Assembly (NCBI GenBank): GCA_015059015.1
Contig: SVBG01000008.1
Coordinates: 21,022 to 85,021 of the forward strand
DNA: 64,000 nucleotides
Origin: Erysipelotrichaceae bacterium
Lineage (GTDB): Bacteria > Bacillota_I > Bacilli_A > ML615J-28 > CAG-313
Direction: 5' to 3'
Shown: in pieces, positions 1 to 10,092 of the stretch
How the letters are laid out: every line of letters begins with the position of its first letter
How positions within the stretch are numbered: the stretch's first letter is position 1
Notes under the pieces: generated by a model
The model's input: the letters and a program-made list of their open reading frames with translations, nothing else
What the model was told of the DNA's origin: nothing
Databases searched by the model: none
Translations under genes and position numbers: made by a program

Positions 1-2
1 AC

Positions 3-257
3 GACTGTTATTATTGCTGGATTAGTGATGATAAGAAAGGAATTGGTAAACATCTTGGTGAAATTCTAGATGTACGAATAAAACAATCAAGAGCTGTAAT
101 AAAAGTAGATAGTGATTATTTTAGAAGTTCGAAATGGTGTCAATATGAAATTGAAAAATCAATTAATAATAAAAAACAAATTTATACATATAAAGTTGGT
201 GATGATATAAATAAGTTTGTAGAAGAAACTATAAAATATTTTAATAAGGTAAGGTAA
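3..257 (+). CDS. C-terminal part of a TIR-domain protein (runs off window start)
   Basis: Frame 3 is open from base 3 to TAA 255-257: DCYYCWISDDKKGIGKHLGEILDVRIKQSRAVIKVDSDYFRSSKWCQYEIEKS..., matching the TIR S-x-x-Y-x-x-S-x-W-C-x-x-E pattern. Not in the ORF track. Confidence 0.7.
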   Translation, partial: DCYYCWISDDKKGIGKHLGEILDVRIKQSRAVIKVDSDYFRSSKWCQYEIEKSINNKKQIYTYKVGDDINKFVEETIKYFNKVR

Positions 258-678
258 GTCAAAGTTTGATTTAAAATGACTTAAAATTTTATAAATTAAA
301 AATATTTTTAGATATAATGGATTATTTTTGAATAGTTGTTTCGAACGAAGAATATCTAGCAATTTTATACAGTTCTTGTAGCAATAAATATGCTTATTCA
401 AATTCTCTGTCTTTGTTTACACAATATTTAATAACTGTTTAAAATGTAGTAAAACCTTGTTTATTAGCGTATACAGGTTGATCAAAATACCAATCTTCTT
501 TAGTATATTTATTAGGAATTATATAAGGTAAAAGAAAAAGGAACTATTGTGTTTTTTTATAATATTTTAAAATGTGATAATAAATTTATTTAAAAATATT
601 AAACTTAAATATAATAGTTTTATTATTGTAATTCATTGATATAAATGATATAATTAATTGAGAAAAGTAAATGATATA

Positions 679-1236
679 ATGAAAAAAATAATTGTTGTAA
701 TTATAATGTTAATTTGCATCGTTACATTAGTTGGTTGTAAAAATTCTGATAATAGTTCAAATGCATGTAATGGAGGAAATTGTAATTCATCGATTTTTGG
801 AAACTCATATGAATGTAAACATTGTAAAGATACTGAAAAAATTATTTGTCAATCGTGCAATGGAAAAACGACATCCAAATGTTCATTATGTAATGGTATT
901 GGAAAATCTACATGTAGTGGTTGTTCTGGTGTAGGGAGATATGCTTGTAGATCTTGTAATGGAAAAGGTTCTTCAACAATAACAACATATATGTCATGTA
1001 CAATATGTTATGGTTCAGGAAGAACAGGAGGATTCATGTGCTATGGATGTGGAGGAACTGGGACAAAACCAACAACAACAATGATGACTTGTTCTATTTG
1101 TGTTGGTTCAGGGATAGCAAATTGCTATTTGTGTTATGGATTAGGATCGACAAATTGTTATTCATGTTCGGGCACTGGAAGAAATACTTGTAATGTTTGT
1201 AGTGGGGCTGGAAAACATAATTGCCCATATTGTTAG
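679..1236 (+). CDS. Cys-rich lipoprotein with DnaJ-type zinc-finger (CxxCxGxG) repeats
   Basis: Signal peptide MKKIIVVIIMLICIVTLVGC with lipobox; 12 CxxC motifs, most CxxCxGxG. Confidence 0.75.
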   Translation: MKKIIVVIIMLICIVTLVGCKNSDNSSNACNGGNCNSSIFGNSYECKHCKDTEKIICQSCNGKTTSKCSLCNGIGKSTCSGCSGVGRYACRSCNGKGSSTITTYMSCTICYGSGRTGGFMCYGCGGTGTKPTTTMMTCSICVGSGIANCYLCYGLGSTNCYSCSGTGRNTCNVCSGAGKHNCPYC

Positions 1237-1571
1237 AAAAAATGAGAGAATGATAATTAAAATAGTATTATAAATAGGTTACATAAAAATAATGGAATGA
1301 TATCTATTTTATAGAGTCTTTTCCTAACAAACATTATTCTTCAAAATTTATATAATTGATCATATAATATTAATTAATGTTTGAGATATAGTAAAATATT
1401 ATTTGTTAGTGTATATTTGTTAACAAAAAGATGATTGTCTTAATTTTTAAAAATTAAGTATGATAGAAGTTTATTTTGATAATTGATCTGTTTTATTATA
1501 TAATATTATAATTTTTTTTTGAAGTAGTGTATAATATATAATATACAACAATCAATTTTAAGGAGCATTAT

Positions 1572-2396
1572 ATGTACTATCGTCATAATTTAGATTATGT
1601 TTATCCAGAACGTAGTGATGAACATATGATTACAGTTAAACATAAAAGAGATACTAATTTCGATGAAAATCATCGTTATTATAATAAAACATTTGGATAT
1701 CGTTTTTTAAGAGGTGTATTAAAAGTAGGATTATATTTAGTTGGATTTCCACTTGTTACTATTGTACATGGGCTTAAAATTCATGGTAGACGTGAATTTA
1801 GGAAGAAAAAGAAATTATTTAAAAATGGTGCAATCACAATATGTAATCATGTTCTTATGTGGGATTATATTTGTATCTTAAAAGCAATAAGACCTAATCT
1901 TGAATATCATGCTGGATGGAAGACTAATTTTGAAGGACCAAATGGACCGTTTATTCGTTGGGTTGGCGGTATTCCTATTCCTACTGGAAATCTTCGTGCA
2001 ATGGGTAAATTTCAAAGTGCTATTGGTGATGTATTAAAAGATGGGAAATGGTTACACTTTTTCCCAGAAGGATCTATGTGGTTTTATTATCCAGATATTA
2101 GACCATTTAAAAAAGCAATCTTTAAATATGCTGTAAGATATGATAAACCTGTAATTCCATTATCTATTTCATTTAGACCAAGAACTGGTTTATGGAAATT
2201 ACTTGGTAAAAAACCACTTGCAGATTTACATATAGGAAGTCCAATATTTCCGGATAAGTCTTTATCAATGAGTGAAGCTATAGATAAACTTCATAAAGAA
2301 GCATATCATGCAGTACAAGTATTAAATGGGATTAATCCAGGTGATCCTACTTATAATGTAGATCAAAATATAGATAATTATAAGAAAACTATGTAA
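1572..2396 (+). CDS. PlsC-like lysophospholipid acyltransferase
   Basis: NHxxxxD (CNHVLMWD) and FPEG motifs; AAGGAG RBS. Confidence 0.8.
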   Translation: MYYRHNLDYVYPERSDEHMITVKHKRDTNFDENHRYYNKTFGYRFLRGVLKVGLYLVGFPLVTIVHGLKIHGRREFRKKKKLFKNGAITICNHVLMWDYICILKAIRPNLEYHAGWKTNFEGPNGPFIRWVGGIPIPTGNLRAMGKFQSAIGDVLKDGKWLHFFPEGSMWFYYPDIRPFKKAIFKYAVRYDKPVIPLSISFRPRTGLWKLLGKKPLADLHIGSPIFPDKSLSMSEAIDKLHKEAYHAVQVLNGINPGDPTYNVDQNIDNYKKTM

Positions 2397-2415
2397 TATG
2401 AGAATTTAAATAAAA

Positions 2416-2440
2416 ATAAAGGCATTGGCCTTTATTTTTA
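2416..2440 (+). terminator. Intrinsic terminator
   Basis: aataaaggc-attg-gcctttatt followed by a T-run. Confidence 0.7.
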
Positions 2441-2513
2441 TTATATAAAGTATTGAAATATGATATTATTTGTTATATAATAATATTAGGATGATGGATG
2501 TATGAGGTGAAAA

Positions 2514-3386
2514 ATGATACTTTTAATTATTATTTTAAATTTATCTTTATTAGTTTTTTTATTATTGAGAAATAAAAATAGTAGTATATTTAATCGTCAT
2601 ACAATATTAAGGTTTTTATTACTTATTCTTTTTGGTGGTATTGCTTGTGTTATATCTTTAATAATTGAATATTTTTCAACTTTTCTGTTGATAAGTTTTT
2701 TCTCTGATGGTTATAGTATTGTAAATAATAAAGTATATTGGGATAATTCATTTAATGAAATTTTATATAATTTTATATTTTGTTTTATCATTGTAGGTAT
2801 AATAGAGGAATTGACAAAAATTTTACCTGTATTTTTTTATAATAAAAGATGTCTATTTTATCATAATGATTTGAAGAAATTTGATTTTATTATTCCATTT
2901 TTAATAGTTGGAATGACTTTTTCTATTATAGAAGATGTAGAGTATATTATGAACGGTGATGAATGGACAGGATTTGCAAGATTAATAACTGAATTTTGTG
3001 GACATACACTATATGCGTTGTTAATTGGTGTAGGATATTATAAGTCTTCAGTAAAAGCTAAAGCTACTAGTCTTAGTTTTTCATTAAGAATGAAGAAGGT
3101 ACCTGATATAAAATTTATTTCAGGTATGAAGAGTAAAAATATATTTGCTGTTAGTTGTATTATTATTATTTTTATTCATGGATTATATGATTTTTTGGTT
3201 TATACGTTTATTGATTTAGCTTTTATATTTATAGCTTTAAGTTTAATTTATTTTATAGTATTTCTTATAATGTTAAGAAATACAAACTTTAAAGATGATT
3301 ATATAAAGAGATTTCTTAAAGATAATAAACATTTAACTAAAGAAGAAGTTGAATGTTTAATAGATGAACATGAAATTAAAATATAA
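2514..3386 (+). CDS. PrsW-family intramembrane glutamic protease
   Basis: Multi-TM; GIIEELTK, FSIIED, GH and HGLYD motifs. Confidence 0.8.
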   Translation: MILLIIILNLSLLVFLLLRNKNSSIFNRHTILRFLLLILFGGIACVISLIIEYFSTFLLISFFSDGYSIVNNKVYWDNSFNEILYNFIFCFIIVGIIEELTKILPVFFYNKRCLFYHNDLKKFDFIIPFLIVGMTFSIIEDVEYIMNGDEWTGFARLITEFCGHTLYALLIGVGYYKSSVKAKATSLSFSLRMKKVPDIKFISGMKSKNIFAVSCIIIIFIHGLYDFLVYTFIDLAFIFIALSLIYFIVFLIMLRNTNFKDDYIKRFLKDNKHLTKEEVECLIDEHEIKI

Positions 3387-3521
3387 TTATTATTATATTA
3401 ATTAAATATGGATATTATAAAGAAACTATTATTAGTTTCTTTTTCTTTTATATATAAAATCGTTGAGAATTTTTTATATATTTGGTATAATATATATGAA
3501 AATAATAATTAGGAGTTATAA

Positions 3522-4046
3522 ATGAAAAAGCTTAGATTTATTTTATATCTTTTATGTATACTTTGTTTTATGAGTTTAACTTCATGTAATAAAGTATCTA
3601 AATTAAATAATAATAATTATGGTAAAATTAAGTATTATGTTGCGGGGCTATATATTCAAGTTAATGAATATGATGAGTATAGTATAGATGATGCTAACCC
3701 TAAGATTTACTTTGATTTTTCTAATTCATCTAGATTTGGTGCATTATCTACTAAAGGCGGTAATTTAACTTCTGCTGTTAATATTACTGATATTGCAAAA
3801 GATAATAGAGTTGAAGATGATATTAATAAGTATTATATGATGGCAAATATTAAATTTGTTAATTCAGATGTTAAAAAAATTAGATTATATTTAATTTATA
3901 TTGATAATAATGGTGAATTTTCAGTTAATGAAGATGTAAGTGAAAAAGTGGATGTATCTAAATCTACTACATATGAGTTTATAACTGATTTTACTAATAA
4001 TAAAATTAAGTATCAAATTCAAATGAAATTAAATTTTAAGAAATAA
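3522..4046 (+). CDS. Hypothetical lipoprotein
   Basis: Lipobox LTSC; AGGAG RBS. Confidence 0.7.
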   Translation: MKKLRFILYLLCILCFMSLTSCNKVSKLNNNNYGKIKYYVAGLYIQVNEYDEYSIDDANPKIYFDFSNSSRFGALSTKGGNLTSAVNITDIAKDNRVEDDINKYYMMANIKFVNSDVKKIRLYLIYIDNNGEFSVNEDVSEKVDVSKSTTYEFITDFTNNKIKYQIQMKLNFKK

Positions 4047-4062
4047 GAAAAGAGGAAGAAAA

Positions 4063-5214
4063 ATGGAACAAATAAAAGGATTTAAAAATAGTTGGATTTT
4101 AACAGAAAAAGGACTTGTTAAAACTAATTTATTAATTGAAAATGGTAAAATTGCTAAAATTGGCGATTTTGAATGTGATGGTTTAGTAGAACTAGATAGT
4201 GATAGAATTGTTATTCCAGGGTTTATTGATCAACATATTCATGGTGCTGCTGGTAGTGATGCAATGGATGGAACTGTTGAAGATTTAAGTAAGATTGCAT
4301 GTGCACTTGCTAAAGAAGGTACAACTGCATTTTTAGCAACTACAATGACTCAAAGCCCTGAAAATATTGATAAAGCTTTAACCGCTGTTAAAGAGTATAT
4401 TGAATGTAGTCCTGAATCTGGTGCTGAAATTCTAGGAGTTCACTTAGAAGGACCATTTATTTCTAAAGACTTTATTGGTGCTCAACCTTTAGAATATGTA
4501 GCTGAACCAAATGTTGATGTATTTAAACATTATGAAGAAGTTAGCGGTAATAATATCAAGCTTGTTTCTATGGCTGTAGAAGTAGAAGGTGCAGAAAGTT
4601 TAGTTAGTTATTTAGCATCTAAAGGTATTGTTGCATCAATTGGACATTCAAATGCTAAATATGCTGATGTAGAAAAAGCAATTAAAGCTGGTGCATCAAA
4701 TGTAACTCATACATATAATGCACAAAAACCTATTCATCACCGTGAAGTTGGAACAGTTGGATCTGCAATGTTATTTGATAGCCTTGCTTGTGAAGCTATT
4801 TGTGATGGTATTCATTTATCAGGTCCTGCTATTAAGTTATTATGGAAAAATAAACCAGCTGATAAGTTTATTTTAATAACTGATGCAATGCGTGCAAAAC
4901 ATATGCCTGATGGAGTTTCAGAACTTGGTGGTCAAGTAGTAATTGTTAAAAATGGAGAAGCTAGACTTGAAAATGGTACACTTGCAGGAAGTGTACTTAG
5001 AATGAATAATGCTGTTAAGAATGTTATGAACTTTTTAGATACTGATCTTGAAACTACTGTAAAATATGCTTCTGTTAACCCTGCTAAAAACCTAGGTGTA
5101 TTTGATAAAATGGGTAGTATTGCGGAAGGTAAACTTGCTAATTTAGTAGTTGTTGATAAAGATGTAAATGTATATCAAACTATTAGATGTGGTAAGGTTG
5201 TATTTGAAAAATAA
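4063..5214 (+). CDS. nagA: N-acetylglucosamine-6-phosphate deacetylase
   Basis: PGFIDQHIHG, GVHLEGPF, GHS, THTYNA, ITDAM, LAGS motifs. Confidence 0.97.
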   Translation: MEQIKGFKNSWILTEKGLVKTNLLIENGKIAKIGDFECDGLVELDSDRIVIPGFIDQHIHGAAGSDAMDGTVEDLSKIACALAKEGTTAFLATTMTQSPENIDKALTAVKEYIECSPESGAEILGVHLEGPFISKDFIGAQPLEYVAEPNVDVFKHYEEVSGNNIKLVSMAVEVEGAESLVSYLASKGIVASIGHSNAKYADVEKAIKAGASNVTHTYNAQKPIHHREVGTVGSAMLFDSLACEAICDGIHLSGPAIKLLWKNKPADKFILITDAMRAKHMPDGVSELGGQVVIVKNGEARLENGTLAGSVLRMNNAVKNVMNFLDTDLETTVKYASVNPAKNLGVFDKMGSIAEGKLANLVVVDKDVNVYQTIRCGKVVFEK

Positions 5215-5218
5215 TTAA

Positions 5219-5290
5219 ATTTCATTTCATACTGCAGATTCATTGAAATATTTAAAATTTATAGGCTATGAGGAGTTTTGTGATGAGTGA
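5219..5290 (+). pseudogene. 3' remnant of a DUF3990-like gene
   Basis: Reads ISFHTADSLKYLKFIGYEEFCDE*, resembling the DUF3990 C-terminus (QISFHT..AL..L.FI); no 5' part; stop overlaps the next gene. Confidence 0.6.
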
Positions 5291-5516
5291 ACGTAGCTTT
5301 GAAATTTTATTGTATGATATAACTGCTAGAACTGTTTTATGCATTATGGAAGTGAATAATTGGACAAAAAATTATGCTTTTGAAAAATTTACACACTCAG
5401 TTGTGTATTCTTATTTAGAAAGAGAAGAAACAAAAGTATGGCATTATAGTTCTTTAATGTTAACTCAATTATTTAATGATGAATGTGAAGGAAAACTGGT
5501 TTTCCCTGAGGTGTAA
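5283..5516 (+). CDS. Small protein of the DUF3990-DUF3791 module
   Basis: 77 aa; A..F..S.VY..L....TK.W..S pattern; gene context. Confidence 0.65.
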   Translation: MSERSFEILLYDITARTVLCIMEVNNWTKNYAFEKFTHSVVYSYLEREETKVWHYSSLMLTQLFNDECEGKLVFPEV

Positions 5517-5517
5517 T

Positions 5518-5742
5518 ATGAATGATATTTTATATTTTAAAGTCTTTTGCTTTGAAGCATACAAAAGTGAAAAGAAAATGACTGGTAAAGAAACTATGAA
5601 CATATTTATAAAATATAATGTATTATATTATTTAGAAACTTGTTTTGATGTACTTCATACTATGGGAAGAAATGCACTTATTGAAGATATTGATATGTTT
5701 ATTGCTGCAAAAAATGTAAAATATGATGATATTTTTAAATAA
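5518..5742 (+). CDS. DUF3791 family protein
   Basis: F..FC.E.YK......GKE....F..Y.V..YL...FDVLHTMG....IEDI pattern. Confidence 0.75.
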   Translation: MNDILYFKVFCFEAYKSEKKMTGKETMNIFIKYNVLYYLETCFDVLHTMGRNALIEDIDMFIAAKNVKYDDIFK

Positions 5743-5758
5743 TAGTGAGTAAAGTCTT

Positions 5759-5790
5759 AAGTGACTCAGTTTAAATTTAGTCACTTTTTA
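5759..5790 (+). terminator. Intrinsic terminator
   Basis: aagtgact...agtcactt followed by a T-run. Confidence 0.55.
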
Positions 5791-5883
5791 CAAACTATAT
5801 TTTTATTTATTTAATTAATAAAAGTAGCTAAATTAAGTTTATATATGTTTAATATAATAATAATTAATTATTAAAAAAATAAT

Positions 5884-6165
5884 TTATGGTGAAAAAAATG
5901 TCAGACACTGTCTAACAAATTTTACACTATAAAATGAAGGATCAAAGAAGAAAGGTAAATGGGAAGTAGTAAAAAATAAATTATGGTGAAAAATATTCCA
6001 GACATTGTCTGGAATTTTTTTCACCATAATTTAAAAGTCAAAGAAAAGGGTAATTGAAATATATTATAATAATTTGAGGGGTTAAATACAATATGTGTTA
6101 TATTTTAAATTGAAATTAATAAAAAGAATTAAAGGTGAAAAAATGCCAGACAATGTCTAGCAAAT
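5884..6165. repeat. Three related palindromic elements, core AGACA-N-TGTCT
   Basis: Cores at 5903-5913, 6000-6010 and 6148-6158, each preceded by GGTGAAAAA; the second has 27-bp arms with one mismatch. Confidence 0.85.
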
Positions 6166-6381
6166 CTGAAAGTTTAAATATAAATTTTATAAGAATTTAT
6201 TTGTTTTAAAATGATAAATAATATTTATTATATTGATTTTTAATTGAATTATATAAAAAAGTATAAATTAAAAAAATTAAATATAATTATATTTTATTAA
6301 AGAACAAAAGAACAATTTAAAGAACTTTAAAAAATAATGATTTTAGTGTATAATGGTAGTGATGAAAGGAAAAGTGGCATC

Positions 6382-8613
6382 ATGGAATTTAAAGATCGAC
6401 TTAAGAGCTTAAGAAGTAAAAAAAATATTTCTCAACAACAGCTTGCAGATGAACTGCATATTTCTAGAAGTGTTATTGCGAAATGGGAAACAGGTATTGC
6501 ACTCCCAAATGATGAGTATTTATGTGAACTTGCTAAATATTTTGATATAAAAAAAGAAGAATTAATTGATAATTATAAAACAGAAACTGTTATTGTTAAT
6601 AAAAGTAAATCAATTAGCAATTTAAAGAAAATTATTATTTGTTTAAGTAGTGTGTTTGTTGTTATAATTGTTTGTATTGTTGCTTGTATTATTTTAGCTA
6701 ATAAAGATAAGACTTATAATTTAAGTGATGATATTAATAATATTGGTAAAAATTATGATATTATTATTCTTGATAATGATGATGACTATTTATTCTCTTT
6801 TGATAAAGATGTATTGAATGATATACACAAACGTATTATTGATGATTTATTTAGTATTAAATATCATGATAAAGCAAGTAAGTGTTTTGATAAGAATTAT
6901 TCTATTTGTTTAAGAGGAATAAATGAAATTATTATTAATGAATCATATATTAGTGTTAATAATACAATATATTATATTGATAATAGTAAAGACTCTAAAA
7001 TTATTAAAGAATTAATTGATTTATTAAATCTAAATAATCAATATGAATTTATATATGATAAAAGTGAAGATGCATATAGTATTAAATCAATTAATGATAA
7101 GAATGTTGAAGAAGTTGTAATACCTAGTGAATTAAATTGTAAACAAGTAAAGAAAATTTTACATTCAGCATTTAAAGGATTAAATAATGTTAAAAAGATA
7201 AAAGTACCTAGTTCGATTGAAATAATAGAAGATTATGCGTTTAGCGATTGTATAGTTTTAGAAGAGTTATATTTACCATCAAGTATAAGACGTATTGGAC
7301 TTGGAATCATTAGTAATTGTAATCGAATAAGAACTTTAGAGATACCATTTGTTGGTGAAGCATTATGGAATGATCAAGTTTTTTGTTTTGGATATTTATT
7401 TAGTACAGGTGGAGTATTATCAAATGAACTTGTACCTAAGAGTTTAAAAAGTGTTAGTATTTTAAATGAAGACAAAATTGAGGATAATCAGTTTAAAGGA
7501 TGTAAATATATTGAAACATTTACTATTGGTAGTAGAACTGCAGATATTGGGAGAAATGCTTTTGAAGGTTGTATAGGGTTAAAAACTTTAAAGATTTTAC
7601 CTAATTCAATTTTATCTTGCATTGATGAAAATGCCTTTTTAAATACAGATATTGATGATTTATATTATGCACCTGGAGTAGAGAGATGGTTAAATATAAC
7701 TTTTATGGGAGCATTTAGTAATCCTTTTGATTATGATATTGAAGACAAAGGTGTAGATGATTTTTTAAGGAATGATTATAATCGATTTTTAGCTTTAGAA
7801 GATGGAGAGTATTATGAAGTTAGAAATATTGTAATACCTGATAGAATTTATGAAATAAAAGATTATCAATTTATTGGTTTTACTGGCCTTGAAAGTATCG
7901 AATTTAAAAACACAATAACTTTTAGAAGAATCGGCGCAAAAGCTTTTGCGAATACTTCATTAAGTACTTTATATCTTCCTGAATCACTTACATTTATTGA
8001 ACCTTATGCATTCTATAATTGTAATAGATTATCGACAATTGATTTACCATATAATTTAAATATTATAGAATCTTATGCGTTTGCAGAATGTGGTGGTTTA
8101 GTAGATGTTGAATTTAATGAAAATATTGAAGCAATTTATCCATATGCATTTTCTGGATGTTATAATTTAAGAGAATTTATAGTTCCTGATTCTTGTATAT
8201 CAATTGGTGAAGGGGTATTAAAAGGATGTTCTTGCATTGAAAGACTTGTTATTCCATTTTTGGTAGGTAGAACTAATAATGTTAATGGTGATTACATAAA
8301 TGATAAATTTGCATCAGCAATTTTTGGAGGAACATCATCAAATTCAAATTCAACTATGATGCCTAAAAGTTTAAAAGAATTTATTTTAACAAATGAAACA
8401 GATATTCCTGATTATGCTTTTAAGAATTGTAGTTATTTAGAAAAAGTATTTATTCCACTAAGTGTTGAAAAGATGGGATATCATGTATTTGAAAAATGTC
8501 CTAATTTAATATTATATTATGAGGGGGATAGTTATCCTTCTGGTTGGAGTGATGAATGGGATTTATGGCATTGTGTATGTTTAAATTATAATAGATGGTG
8601 GGAAAGGTTTTAA
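6382..8613 (+). CDS. XRE HTH + transmembrane helix + BspA-type leucine-rich repeat protein
   Basis: LRSKKNISQQQLADELHISRSVIAKWETG; one TM segment; many I..YAF..C..L LRR units; ATG 6382 follows an AAAGGA RBS. Confidence 0.85.
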   Translation: MEFKDRLKSLRSKKNISQQQLADELHISRSVIAKWETGIALPNDEYLCELAKYFDIKKEELIDNYKTETVIVNKSKSISNLKKIIICLSSVFVVIIVCIVACIILANKDKTYNLSDDINNIGKNYDIIILDNDDDYLFSFDKDVLNDIHKRIIDDLFSIKYHDKASKCFDKNYSICLRGINEIIINESYISVNNTIYYIDNSKDSKIIKELIDLLNLNNQYEFIYDKSEDAYSIKSINDKNVEEVVIPSELNCKQVKKILHSAFKGLNNVKKIKVPSSIEIIEDYAFSDCIVLEELYLPSSIRRIGLGIISNCNRIRTLEIPFVGEALWNDQVFCFGYLFSTGGVLSNELVPKSLKSVSILNEDKIEDNQFKGCKYIETFTIGSRTADIGRNAFEGCIGLKTLKILPNSILSCIDENAFLNTDIDDLYYAPGVERWLNITFMGAFSNPFDYDIEDKGVDDFLRNDYNRFLALEDGEYYEVRNIVIPDRIYEIKDYQFIGFTGLESIEFKNTITFRRIGAKAFANTSLSTLYLPESLTFIEPYAFYNCNRLSTIDLPYNLNIIESYAFAECGGLVDVEFNENIEAIYPYAFSGCYNLREFIVPDSCISIGEGVLKGCSCIERLVIPFLVGRTNNVNGDYINDKFASAIFGGTSSNSNSTMMPKSLKEFILTNETDIPDYAFKNCSYLEKVFIPLSVEKMGYHVFEKCPNLILYYEGDSYPSGWSDEWDLWHCVCLNYNRWWERF

Positions 8614-8626
8614 AGAGGAGGAAAAA

Positions 8627-10054
8627 GTGAAAAAAGTATTTTTAATTATATTTTTATTAATGTTTTCTATATTAAGTGGGTGTATTCATATAGGTGATAA
8701 TAATGAACCAGACGATGATAAACAAGAAGAAACATATGAAGATGGAAAACTATTTTATGATGGACTTGCTGCTCTTAATAATAAATATATTAACAAAAAT
8801 TATGAAGTTGCAATTGATGATAATTTTTATTCTTGTCAGTCATTTTATAAAAATAAAGCAATTGTATTAAAAGATTATAATGAGTATTATATAATTGACA
8901 ATACTGGTAATTATTTAAAAGGTCCATATGATTATATTAGAGTATTTAAACAATTAGATTTATATGTATGTTCTTTAAATGGGAGTTGGACTGTACTAAA
9001 CATAGAATGTAAAGAGATTTGTGATTATGAATTTGAAAGTGTTTCATTTACAGATGTAAATGAATCAAAACTTGATTTGGAAGGTCTTTTATATGTTAAA
9101 TATGATGGTTTGTATGGTGCAATCAATAAATTTGGTAATTGGGTAATAGAACCTAAATACACTGATGTGTTTATATTTAGAGATGGTCTTGCTGATGTTG
9201 AAACTGTTGATGGAAGAGCACTTGTTATTGATAAAAAAGATAATATAATTATGGAACTTAAAAAAGAACATAATACTGATACAATTGTTTCTTTATCAAG
9301 TAATGTATTTATTAAAACAATTAATTATAATAGAACTTATGTAAATAGAATGGGAAATAAGATTCTTTTAGATAACTATAGTAATCCAAAGTATTATAGT
9401 GATAAGTTTATTCATGTATGGTGCAATAATACGAATGCATCAAATATCTTTATAGATTACGATGGTAAGCAAGTTATTGATAAGATTTTTGATAATGTAA
9501 GTGAAATTGATCAGTTCCTTATTTGTAGATTTGATTATGAACATTATATTTATGATTTTAATGGTAACCTAGTTATTAATAGACCATTTCATTCAATTAC
9601 AGTAAATAAAGATTATAAGTATATTGAATGTACAAATTATAAAGATTTTATTGATTATAAAGTTGTTGAGAATTTATTTTATGATTATGATGGAAATTTA
9701 ATATATGAAAATACTGATTTAAATCCACTAGTAAATAAACAGTTATTTAGATGTAGATATACAAATAAATGTTATTTAAAATGTGAATATTATGATAATG
9801 GGTATAAATATTATATTGAAGAAATAATAGATAAAAAAGTTGTAAGATTAAATGTAGATTCAACAACTATAGTATATAATGGTATATTTATTTATCAAGA
9901 TTACATATCAGATAAATATACAATTAAGGATATTAATAATAATGTCTTATATAATATTTCATCTGGTGGCAGTATAAGATTCTATAGTGATGGATATTTT
10001 ACTTTTAGAGAATCAATTATCTTTGATTTAAATGGCATTAAAGTTTTTGAATAA
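8627..10054 (+). CDS. WG-repeat-like lipoprotein
   Basis: Lipobox LSGC; YGAINKFGNWVIEPKY..F.DGLA repeat signature. Confidence 0.7.
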   Translation: MKKVFLIIFLLMFSILSGCIHIGDNNEPDDDKQEETYEDGKLFYDGLAALNNKYINKNYEVAIDDNFYSCQSFYKNKAIVLKDYNEYYIIDNTGNYLKGPYDYIRVFKQLDLYVCSLNGSWTVLNIECKEICDYEFESVSFTDVNESKLDLEGLLYVKYDGLYGAINKFGNWVIEPKYTDVFIFRDGLADVETVDGRALVIDKKDNIIMELKKEHNTDTIVSLSSNVFIKTINYNRTYVNRMGNKILLDNYSNPKYYSDKFIHVWCNNTNASNIFIDYDGKQVIDKIFDNVSEIDQFLICRFDYEHYIYDFNGNLVINRPFHSITVNKDYKYIECTNYKDFIDYKVVENLFYDYDGNLIYENTDLNPLVNKQLFRCRYTNKCYLKCEYYDNGYKYYIEEIIDKKVVRLNVDSTTIVYNGIFIYQDYISDKYTIKDINNNVLYNISSGGSIRFYSDGYFTFRESIIFDLNGIKVFE

Positions 10055-10092
10055 AAATTTATACTATTAAGAATTATTTATGGGAGAGAAAA

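Noticed and set aside
6299-6325. LexA (GAAC-N4-GTTC) box
   Set aside because: The GAAC copies are direct repeats, not the inverted SOS box.
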